From Heptranchias perlo (Eukaryota), in contig NW_027139176.1 of the NCBI RefSeq assembly GCF_035084215.1, positions 620,001 to 684,000 on the forward strand: DNA of 64,000 nt, in the 5' to 3' direction. Shown piece after piece: positions 51,901 through 64,000 of the stretch (positions are counted from its first letter, which is position 1; each line of letters begins with the position of its first letter). The position numbers and the translations under genes are program-made. The notes below the pieces were generated by a model. That model was not told where the DNA came from. It ran no database searches and was given only the letters and a program-made list of their open reading frames with translations.

Positions 51901-54900
51901 GCACCTCACGGGTGTCCTGCACCTCACGGATGTCCTGCACCTGACGGGTGTCCTGCACCTCACAGATGTCCTGCACCTCACGGATGTCCTGCACCTGACG
52001 GATGTCCTGCACCTCACGGATGTCCTGCACCTCACGGATGTCCTGCACCTCACGGGTGTCCTGCACCTCACGGATGTCCTGCACCTCACGGATGTCCTGC
52101 ACCTCACGAATGTCCTGCACCTGAAGGATGTCCTGCACCTGACGGATATCCTGCACCTGAAGGATGTCCTGCACCTCACGGATGTCCTGCACCTCACGGA
52201 TGTCCTGCACCTGACGGATGTCCTGCACCTCACGGATGTCCTGCACCTCACGGATGTCCTGCACCTCACGGGTGTCCTGCACCTCACGGATGTCCTGCAC
52301 CTGACGGATGCTCTGCACCTCACGGATGTCCTGCACCTCACGGATGTCCTGCACCTCACGGGTGTCCTGCACCTCACGGATGTCCTGCACCTCACGGATG
52401 TCCTGCACCTGACGGATGTCCTGCACCTCACGGATGTCCTGCACCAGACGGATGTCCTGCACCTCACGGATGTCCTGCACCTCACGGATGTCCTGCACCT
52501 CACGGATGTCCTTCACCTGACGGGTGTCCTGCACCTCACGGATGTCCAGCACCTCACGGGTGTCCTGCACCTCACGGATGTCCTGCACCTCACGGGTGTC
52601 CTGCACCTCACGGATGTCCTGCACCTCACGGATGTCCTGCACCTCACGGATGTCCTGCACCTGACGGATGTCCTGCACCTGACGGATGTCCTGCACCTCA
52701 CGGATGTCCTGCACCTGACGGATGTCCTGCACCTCACGGATGTCCTGCACCTCACGGATGTCCTGCACCTGATGGATGTCCTGCACCTGACGGGTGTCCT
52801 GCACCTCACGGATGTCCTGCACCTCACGGATGTCCTGCACCTGACGGATGTCCTGCACCTCACGGATGTCCTGCACCTGACGGATGTCCTGCACCTCACG
52901 GATGTCCTGCACCTCACGGATGTCCTGCACCTGATGGATATCCTGCACCTGACGGGTGTCCTGCACCTCACGGATGTCCTGCACCTGACGGATGTCCTGC
53001 ACCTGACGGATGTCCTGCACCTCACGGATGTCCTGCACCTCACGGATGTCCTGAACCTCACGGATGTCCTGCACCTCACGGATGTCCTGCACCTGACGGA
53101 TGTCCTGCACCTGACAGATGTCCTGCACCTCACGGATGTCCTGCACCTCACGGATGTCCTGCACCTCACGGATGTCCTGCACCTGATGGATGTCCTGCAC
53201 CTCACGGATGTCCTGCACCTCACGGATGTCCTGCACCTGACGGATGTCCTGCACCTGACGGATGTCCTGCACCTCACGGGTGTCCTGCACCTCACGGATG
53301 TCCTGCACCTCACGGATGTCCTGCACCTGACGGATGTCCTGCACCTCACGGATGTCCTGCACCTCACGGATGTCCTGCACCTCACGGATGTCCTGCACCT
53401 CACGGATGTCCTGCACCTGACAGATGTCCTGCACCTCACGGATGTCCTGCACCTCACGGATGTCCTGCACCTGATGGATGTCCTGCACCTGACGGATGTC
53501 CTGCACCTGACGGGTGTCCTGCACCTGACGGATGTCCTGCACCTCACGGATGTCCTGCACCTCACGGATGTCCTGCACCTGACGGATGTCCTGCACCTCA
53601 CGGATGTCCTGCACCTCACGGATGTCCTGCACCTCACGGATGTCCTGCACCTGACGGGTGTCCTGCACCTGACGGATGTCCTGCACCTGACAGATGTCCT
53701 GCACCTCACGGATGTCCTGCACCTGACGGATGTCCTGCACCTCACGGATGTCCTGCACCTCACGGTTGTCCTGCACCTCACGGATGTCCTGCACCTCACG
53801 GGTGTCATGCACCTCACGGATGTCCTGCACCTCACGGATGTCCTGCACCTCACGGATGTCCTGCACCTGACGGATGTCCTGCACCTCACGGATGTCCTGC
53901 ACCTGACGGATGTCCTGCACCTCACGGATGTCCTGCACCTGACGGATGTCCTGCACCTCACGGATGTCCTGCACCTCACGGATGTCCTGCACCTGACCGA
54001 TGTCCTGCACCTCACGGATGTCCTGCACCTCACGGATGTCCTGCACCTCACGGATGTCCTGCACCTGACGGATGTCCTGCACCTCACGGATGTCCTGCAC
54101 CTCACGGATGTCCTGCACCTGACCGATGTCCTGCACCTGACGGATGTCCTGCACCTCACGGATGTCCTGCACCTGATGGATGTCCTGCACCTCACGGGTG
54201 TCCTGCACCTCACGGATGTCCTGCACCTCACGGATGTCCTGCACCTCACGGATGTCCTGCACCTGACGGGTGTCCTGCACCTCACGGATGTCCTGCACCT
54301 CACGGATGTCCTGCACCTGACGGATGTCCTGCACCTCACGGGTGTCCTGCACCTCACGGATGTCCTGCACATCACGGGTGTCCTGCACCTCACGGATGTC
54401 CTGCACCTCACGGATGTCCTGCACCTGACGGATGTCCTGCACCTCACGGGTGTCCTGCACCTCACGGATGTCCTGCACCTGACGGATGTCCTGCACCTCA
54501 TGGATGTCCTGCACCTCACGGATGTCCTGCACCTGACCGATGTCCTGCACCTGACGGATGTCCTGCACCTGACGGATGTCCTGCACCTCACGGATGTCCT
54601 GCACCTGACGGATGTCCTGCACCTCACGGATGTCCTGCACCTCACGGTTGTCCTGCACCTCACGGATGTCCTGCACCTCACGGGTGTCATGCACCTCACG
54701 GATGTCCTGCACCTCACGGATGTCCTGCACCTCACGGATGTCCTGCACCTGACGGATGTCCTGCACCTCACGGATGTCCTGCACCTGACGGATGTCCTGC
54801 ACCTCACGGATGTCCTGCACCTGACGGATGTCCTGCACCTCACGGATGTCCTGCACCTCACGGATGTCCTGCACCTGACCGATGTCCTGCACCTCACGGA

Positions 54901-57900
54901 TGTCCTGCACCTCACGGATGTCCTGCACCTCACGGATGTCCTGCACCTGACGGATGTCCTGCACCTCACGGATGTCCTGCACCTCACGGATGTCCTGCAC
55001 CTGACCGATGTCCTGCACCTGACGGATGTCCTGCACCTCACGGATGTCCTGCACCTGATGGATGTCCTGCACCTCACGGGTGTCCTGCACCTCACGGATG
55101 TCCTGCACCTCACGGATGTCCTGCACCTCACGGATGTCCTGCACCTGACGGGTGTCCTGCACCTCACGGATGTCCTGCACCTGACGGATGTCCTGCACCT
55201 GACGGATGTCCTGCACCTCACGGGTGTCCTGCACCTCACGGATGTCCTGCACCTCACGGGTGTCCTGCACCTCACGGATGTCCTGCACCTCACGGATGTC
55301 CTGCACCTGACGGATGTCCTGCACCTCACGGGTGTCCTGCACCTCACGGATGTCCTGCACCTGACGGATGTCCTGCACCTCACGGATGTCCTGCACCTCA
55401 CGGATGTCCTGCACCTGACCGATGTCCTGCACCTGACGGGTGTCCTGCACCTCACGGATGTCCTGCACCTCACGGATGTCCTGCACCTGACGGATGTCCT
55501 GCACCTCACGGATGTCCTGCACCTGACGGATGTCCTGCACCTGACGGATGTCCTGCACCTGACGGGTGTCCTGCACCTGACGGATGTCCTGCACCTGACG
55601 GATGTCCTGCACCTCACGGATGTCCTGCACCTCACGGGTGTCCTGCACCTCACGGGTGTCCTGCACCTGACGGATGTCCTGCACCTCACGGATGTCCTGC
55701 ACCTGACGGATGTCCTGCACCTCACGGGTGTCCTGCACCTCACGGATGTCCTGCACCTGACGGGTGTCCTGCACCTCACAGATGTCCTGCACCTCACGGA
55801 TGTCCTGCACCTGACGGATGTCCTGCACCTCACGGATGTCCTGCACCTCACGGATGTCCTGCACCTCACGGGTGTCCTGCACCTCACGGATGTCCTGCAC
55901 CTCACGGATGTCCTGCACCTCACGAATGTCCTGCACCTGAAGGATGTCCTGCACCTGACGGATATCCTGCACCTGAAGGATGTCCTGCACCTCACGGATG
56001 TCCTGCACCTCACGGATGTCCTGCACCTGACGGATGTCCTGCACCTCACGGATGTCCTGCACCTCACGGATGTCCTGCACCTCACGGGTGTCCTGCACCT
56101 CACGGATGTCCTGCACCTGACGGATGCTCTGCACCTCACGGATGTCCTGCACCTCACGGATGTCCTGCACCTCACGGGTGTCCTGCACCTCACGGATGTC
56201 CTGCACCTCACGGATGTCCTGCACCTGACGGATGTCCTGCACCTCACGGATGTCCTGCACCAGACGGATGTCCTGCACCTCACGGATGTCCTGCACCTCA
56301 CGGATGTCCTGCACCTCACGGATGTCCTTCACCTGACGGGTGTCCTGCACCTCACGGATGTCCAGCACCTCACGGGTGTCCTGCACCTCACGGATGTCCT
56401 GCACCTCACGGGTGTCCTGCACCTCACGGATGTCCTGCACCTCACGGATGTCCTGCACCTGACGGATGTCCTGCACCGCACGGATGTCCTGCACCTCAAG
56501 GGTGTCCTGCACCTGACGGATGTCCTGCACCTCATGGATGTCCTGCACCTCACGGGTGTCCTGCACCTGACGGATGTCCTGCACCTCACGGATGTCCTGC
56601 ACCTGACGGATGTCCTGCACCTCACGGATGTCCTGCACCTCACGGATGTCCTGCACCTGACGGATGTCCTGCACCTCACGGATGTCCTGCACCTCACGGG
56701 TGTCCTGCACCTCACGGATGTCCTGCACCTCACGGATATCCTGCACCTCACGGATGTCCTGCACCTGATGGATGTCCTGCACCTCACGGATGTCCTGCAC
56801 CTCACGGATGTCCTGCACCTCACGGATGTCCTGCACCTCACGGATGTCCTGCACCTCACGGATGTCCTGCACCTCACGGATGTCCTGCACCTCACGGATG
56901 TCCTGCACCTCACGGATGTCCTGCACCTGACGGATGTCCTGCACCTCACGGATGTCCTGCACCTCACGGATGTCCTGCACCTGACGGATGTCCTGCACCT
57001 CACGGATGTCCTGCACCTCACGGATGTCCTGCACCTCACGGATGTCCTGCACCTGACGGATGTCCTGCACCTCACGGGTGTCCTGCACCTCACGGATGTC
57101 CTGCACCTGACGGATGTCCTGCACCTGACGGATGTCCTGCACCTCACGGGTGTCCTGCACCTCACGGATGTCCTGCACCTGACGGATATCCTGCACCTCA
57201 CGGATGTCCTGCACCTGACGGATGTCCTGCACCTCACGGATGTCCTGCACCTCACGGGTGTCCTGCACCTCACGGATGTCCTGCACCTCACGGATGTCCT
57301 GCACCTGACGGATGTCCTGCACCTGACGGATGTCCTGCACCTCACGGATGTCCTGCACCTGACGGATGTCCTGCACCTCACGGATGTCCTGCACCTCACG
57401 GATGTCCTGCACCTGATGGATGTCCTGCACCTGACGGGTGTCCTGCACCTCACGGATGTCCTGCACCTCACGGATGTCCTGCACCTCACGGATGTCCTGC
57501 ACCTCACGGATGTCCTGCACCTGACGGATGTCCTGCACCTCACGGATGTCCTGCACCTCACGGATGTCCTGCACCTGACGGATGTCCTGCACCTGACGGA
57601 TGTCCTGCACCTCACGGATGTCCTGCACCTGACGGATGTCCTGCACCTGACGGATGTCCTGCACCTCACGGATGTCCTGCACCTCACGGATGTCCTGCAC
57701 CTCACGGATGTCCTGCACCTGACGGATGTCCTGCACCTGACGGATGTCCTGCACCTCACGGATGTCCTGCACCTCACGGATGTCCTGCACCTCACGGATG
57801 TCCTGCACCTGACGGATGTCCTGCACCTGACGGATGTCCTGCACCTCACGGGTGTCCTGCACCTCACGGATGTCCTGCACCTCACGGATGTCCTGCACCT

Positions 57901-60900
57901 GACGGATGTCCTGCACCTGACGGGTGTCCTGCACCTGACGGATGTCCTGCACCTCACGGATGTCCTGCACCTCACGGATGTCCTGCACCTGACGGATGTC
58001 CTGCACCTCACGGATGTCCTGCACCTGACGGATGTCCTGCACCTCACGGATGTCCTGCACCTGACGGATGTCCTGCACCTGACGGATGTCCTGCACCTGA
58101 CGGATGTCCTGCACCTCACGGATATCCTGCACCTGACGGATGTCCTGCACCTCACGGATGTCCTGCACCTCACGGATGTCCTGCACCTCACGGATGTCCT
58201 GCACCTCACGGGTGTCATGCACCTCACGGATGTCCTGCACCTCACGGATGTCCTGCACCTCACGGATGTCCTGCACCGCACGGATGTCCTGCACCTCACG
58301 GATGTCCTGCACCTGACGGATGTCCTGCACCTCACGGATGTCCTGCACCTGACGGATGTCCTGCACCTCACGGATGTCCTGCACCTCACGGATGTCCTGC
58401 ACCTGACCGATGTCCTGCACCTCACGGATTTCCTGCACCTCACGGATGTCCTGCACCTCACGGATGTCCTGCACCTGACGGATGTCCTGCACCTCACGGA
58501 TGTCCTGCACCTCACGGATGTCCTGCACCTGACCGATGTCCTGCACCTGACGGATGTCCTGCACCTCACGGATGTCCTGCACCTGATGGATGTCCTGCAC
58601 CTCACGGGTGTCCTGCACCTCATGGATGTCCTGCACCTCACGGATGTCCTGCACCTCACGGATGTCCTGCACCTGACGGGTGTCCTGCACCTCACGGATG
58701 TCCTGCACCTGACGGATGTCCTGCACCTGACGGATGTCCTGCACCTCACGGGTGTCCTGCACCTCACGGATGTCCTGCACCTCACGGGTGTCCTGCACCT
58801 CACGGATGTCCTGCACCTCACGGATGTCCTGCACCTGACGGATGTCCTGCACCTCACTGGTGTCCTGAACCTCACGGATGTCCTGCACCTGACGGATGTC
58901 CTGCACCTCACGGATGTCCTGCACCTCACGGATGTCCTGCACCTGACCGATGTCCTGCACCTGATGGATGTCCTGCACCTCACGGATGTCCTGCACCTGA
59001 TGGATGTCCTGCACCTCACGGGTGTCCTGCACCTCACGGATGTCCTGCACCTCACGGATGTCCTGCACCTCACGGATGTCCTGCACCTGACGGGTGTCCT
59101 GCACCTCACGGATGTCCTGCACCTGACGGATGTCCTGCACCTGACGGGTGTCCTGCACCTGACGGATGTCCTGCACCTCACGGATGTCCTGCACCTCACG
59201 GATGTCCTGCACCTGACGGATGTCCTGCACCTCACGGATGTCCTGCACCTGACGGATGTCCTGCACCTCACGGATGTCCTGCACCTGACGGGTGTCCTGC
59301 ACCTGACGGATGTCCTGCACCTGACGGATGTCCTGCACCTCACGGATGTCCTGCACCTCACGGGTGTCCTGCACCTCACGGGTGTCCTGCACCTGACGGA
59401 TGTCCTGCACCTCACGGATGTCCTGCACCTGACGGATGTCCTGCACCTCACGGGTGTCCTGCACCTCACGGATGTCCTGCACCTGACGGGTGTCCTGCAC
59501 CTCACAGATGTCCTGCACCTCACGGATGTCCTGCACCTGACGGATGTCCTGCACCTCACGGATGTCCTGCACCTCACGGATGTCCTGCACCTCACGGGTG
59601 TCCTGCACCTCACGGATGTCCTGCACCTCACGGATGTCCTGCACCTCACGGATGTCCTGCACCTGAAGGATGTCCTGCACCTGACGGATATCCTGCACCT
59701 GAAGGATGTCCTGCACCTCACGGATGTCCTGCACCTCACGGATGTCCTGCACCTCACGGATGTCCTGCACCTGACGGGTGTCCTGCACCTGATGGATGTC
59801 CTGCACCTGACGGATGTCCTGCACCTGACGGGTGTCCTGCACCTGACGGATGTCCTGCACCTGACGGATGTCCTGCACCTCACGGGTGTCCTGCACCTCA
59901 CGGATGTCCTGCACCTCACGGATGTCCTGCACCTCACGGATGTCCTGCACCTGACGGATGTCCTGCACCTGACGGGTGTCCTGCACCTGACGGATGTCCT
60001 GCACCTCACGGATGTCCTGCACCTGACGGATGTCCTGCACCTCACGGGTGTCCTGCACCTCACGGATGTCCTTCACCTGACGGGTGTCCTGCACCTCACG
60101 GATGTCCTGCACCTGACGGGTGTCCTGCACCTCACGGATGTCCTGCACCTGACGGATGTCCTGCACCTGACGGATGTCCTGCACCTCACGGGTGTCCTGC
60201 ACCTCACGGATGTCCTGCACCTCACGGGTGTCCTGCACCTCACGGATGTCCTGCACCTCACGGATGTCCTGCACCTGACGGATGTCCTGCACCTGACGGA
60301 TGTCCTGCACCTCACGGATGTCCTGCACCTGACGGATGTCCTGCACCTCACGGATGTCCTGCACCTCACGGATGTCCTGCACCTGACGGGTGTCCTGCAC
60401 CTCACGGGTGTCCTGCACCTCACGGATGTCCTGCACCTCACGGATGTCCTGCACCTCACGGATGTCCTGCACCTGACGGATGTCCTGCACCTCACGGATG
60501 TCCTGCACCTGACGGATGTCCTGCACCTGACGGATGTCCTGCACCTCACGGATGTCCTGCACCTCACGGATGTCCTGCACCTCACGGATGTCCTGCACCT
60601 GACGGATGTCCTGCACCTGACGGATGTCCTGCACCTCACGGGTGTCCTGCACCTCACGGATGTCCTGCACCTCACGGATGTCCTGCACCTGACGGATGTC
60701 CTGCACCTCACGGATGTCCTGCACCTGACGGATGTCCTGCACCTCACGGATGTCCTGCACCTCACGGATGTCCTGCACCTGACGGATGTCCTGCACCTCA
60801 CGGATGTCCTGCACCTGACGGATGTCCTGCACCTCACGGATGTCCTGCACCTCACGGATGTCCCGCACCTGACGGATGTCCTGCACCTCACGGATGTCCT

Positions 60901-63900
60901 GCACCTCACGGTTGTCCTGCACCTGACGGATGTCCTGCACCTCACGGATGTCCTGCACCTCACGGATGTCCTGCACCTGACGGATGTCCTGCACCTCACG
61001 GATGTCCTGCACCTCACGGGTGTCCTGCACCTCACGGATGTCCTGCACATCACGGATGTCCTGCACCTGACGGGTGTCCTGCACCTCACGGATGTCCTGC
61101 ACCTGACGGGTGTCCTGCACCTCACCGATGTCCTGCACCTCACGGATGTCCTGCACCTCACGGATGTCCTGCACCTCACGGGTGTCCTGCACCTCACGGA
61201 TGTCCTGCACCTCACGGATGTCCTGCACCTCACGGGTGTCCTGCACCTCACGGATGTCCTGCACCTCACGGATGTCCTGCACCTCACGGCTGTCCTGCAC
61301 CTGACGGGTGTCCTGCACCTCACGGATGTCCTGCACCTCACGGATGTCCTGCACCTGACGGATGTCCTGCACCTGACGGATGTCCTGCACCTCACGGATG
61401 TCCTGCACCTCACGGGTGTCCTGCACCTCACGGATGTCCTGCACCTCACGGATGTCCTGCACCTCACGGATGTCCTGCACCTGACGGGTGTCCTGCACCT
61501 CACGGATGTGCTGCACCTCACGGATGTCGTGCACCTCACGGATGTCCTGCACCTGACGGATGTCCTGCACCTCACGGATGTCCTGCACCTGACGGATGTC
61601 CTGCACCTGAAGGATGTCCTGCACCTCACGGATGTCCTGCACCTCATGGGTGTCCTGCACCTCACGGATGTCCTGCACCTCACGGATGTCCTGCACCTCA
61701 CGGGTGTCCTGCACCTGATGGATGTCCTGCACCTGACGGATGTCCTGCACCTCACGGATGTCCTGCACCTCACGGATGTCCTGCACCTCACGGATGTCCT
61801 GCACCTCACGGGTGTCCTGCACCTGATGGATGTCCTGCACCTGACGGATGTCCTGCACCTCACGGATGTCCTGCACCTCACGGATGTCCTGCACCTCACG
61901 GATGTCCTGCACCTCACGGATGTCCTGCACCTGACGGATGTCCTGCACCTCACGGATGTCCTGCACCTGACGGATGTCCTGCACCTGATGGAATTCCTGC
62001 ACCTGACGGATGTCCTGCACCTCACGGGTGTCCTGCACCTGACGGATGTCCTACACCTGACGGATGTCCTGCACCTCACGGATGTCCTGCACCTCACGGA
62101 TGTCCTGCACCTGACGGATGTCCTGCACCTCACGGGTGTCCTGCACCTGACGGACGTCCTGCACCTCACGGGTGTCCTGCACCTGACGGATGTCCTGCAC
62201 CTCACGGATGTCCTGCACCTCACGGATGTCCTGCACCTCACGGATGTCCTGCACCTCACGGATGTCCTGCACCTCACGGGTGTCCTGCACCTGATCGATG
62301 TCCTGCACCTCACGGATGTCCTGCACCTCACGGATGTCCTGCACCTGACGGATGTCCTGCACCTCACGGATGTCCTGCACCTCACGGATGTCCTGCACCT
62401 GACGGATGTCCTGCACCTGACGGATGTCCTGCACCTGACGGGTGTCCTGCACCTCACGGATGTCCTGCACCTGACGGATGTCCTGCACCTGACGGATGTC
62501 CTGCACCTCACGGATGTCCTGCACCTGACGGGTGTCCTGCACCTCACGGATGTCCTGCACCTGACGGGTGTCCTGCACCTCACGGATGTCCTGCACCTGA
62601 CGGATGTCCTGCACCTGACGGGTGTCCTGCACCTCACGGGTGTCCTGCACCTCATGGATGTCCTGCACCTCACGGATGTCCTGCACCTGACGGATGTCCT
62701 GCACCTCACGGATGTCCTGCACCTCACGGATGTCCTGCACCTGATGGATGTCCTGCACCTCACGGATGTCCTGCACCTCACGGATGTCCTGCACCTGACG
62801 GATGTCCTGCAACTCACGGATGTCCTGCACCTCACGGATGTCCTGCACCTCACGGATGTCCTGCACCTGACGGATGTCCTGCACCTGATGGATGTCCTGC
62901 ACCTCACGGATGTCCTGCACCTCACGGGTGTCCTGCACCTCACGGATGTCCTGCACCTCACGGATGTCCTGCACCTCACGGATGTCCTGCACCTCACGGA
63001 TGTCCTGCACCTGACGGATGTCCTGCACCTGACGGATGTCCTGCACCTGACGGATGTCCTGCACCTCACGGATGTCCGGCACCTCACGGATGTCCTGCAC
63101 CTGACAGATGTCCTGCACCTCACGGATGTCCTGCACCTCACGGATGTCCTGCACCTCACGGATGTCCTGCACCTGATGGATGTCCTGCACCTGACGGATG
63201 TCCTGCACCTCACGGATGTCCTGCACCTCACGGATGTCCTGCACCTGACGGATGTCCTGCACCTCACGGATGTCCTGCACCTCACGGATGTCCTGCACCT
63301 CACGGGTGTCCTGCACCTCACGGGTGTCCTGCACCTGACGGATGTCCTGCACCTCACGGATGTCCTGCACCTCACGGATGTCCTGCACCTCACGGGTGTC
63401 CTGCACCTCACGGATGTCCTGCACCTGACGGATGTCCTGCACCTCACGGATGTCCTGCACCTCACGGATGTCCTGCACCTCACGGATGTCCTGCACCTCA
63501 CGGATGTCCTGCACCTCACGGATGTCCTGCACCTCACGGATGTCCTGCACCTCACGGATGTCCTGCACCTCACGGGTGTCCTGCACCTGACGGGTGTCCT
63601 GCACCTCACGGATGTCCTGCACCTCACGGATGTCCTGTACCTCACGGATGTCCTGCACCTCACGGATGTCCTGCACCTGACGGATGTCCTGCACCTCACG
63701 GATGTCCTGCACCTGACGGATTTCCTGCACCTCACGGATGTGCTGCACCTCACGGATGTCGTGCACCTCACGGATGTCCTGCACCTGACGGATGTCCTGC
63801 ACCTCACGGATGTCCTGCACCTGACGGATGTCCTGCACCTGAAGGATGTCCTGCACCTCACGGATGTCCTGCACCTCATGGGTGTCCTGCACCTCACGGA

Positions 63901-64000
63901 TGTCCTGCACCTCACGGATGTCCTGCACCTCACGGGTGTCCTGCACCTGATGGATGTCCTGCACCTGACGGATGTCCTGCACCTCACGGATGTCCTGCAC
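42983..64000. repeat. 18-bp satellite, >21 kb (~1170 units, runs off window) GG(A/G)TGTCCTGCACCT(C/G)A(C/T)
   Basis: Strict 18-nt periodicity to the end of the window. Confidence 0.99.

Noticed and set aside
42878-64000. 6386-aa (EVQDIR)n, (VRCRTS)n and plus-strand (GCPAPH/D)n mega-ORFs
   Set aside because: An 18-bp unit with stop-free frames produces these automatically. In my rough tally about one third of distinct variants are synonymous in the GCPAP frame, as expected by chance, and there is no credible start, signal peptide or unique domain.

Overview
Vertebrate genomic DNA, almost certainly a cartilaginous fish (shark). The evidence is CR1-type LINEs with (TTCCTATG/TTCTATGA)n tails, shark-type Penelope-like remnants, a Deu-type SINE relic and a two-exon GPR139-like receptor. 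The first ~10.4 kb holds two germline T-cell-receptor V segments (TRAV/TRDV-like), each with a split leader exon, an open V exon and a 23-spacer RSS. The ORF track misses the first one entirely. The second has its leader-V intron swollen to ~2.5 kb by a CR1 fragment and a 40-bp minisatellite. No D, J or C segment was found in the ~54 kb downstream. That region instead has a broken CR1, a GPR139-like GPCR gene with a single CGA>TGA-type nonsense codon, and large tandem arrays. Nine arrays in total (units 40, 38/39, 48, 46, 49, 54, 24, 30 and 18 bp) cover about 70% of the window, including ~14-kb and >21-kb satellites. Two Penelope-like remnants carry minimal hammerhead-ribozyme cores; one is a perfect 94-bp-arm palindrome inserted into another LINE with a 12-bp target-site duplication. 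The giant ORFs in the track are read-throughs of tandem repeats, not genes.
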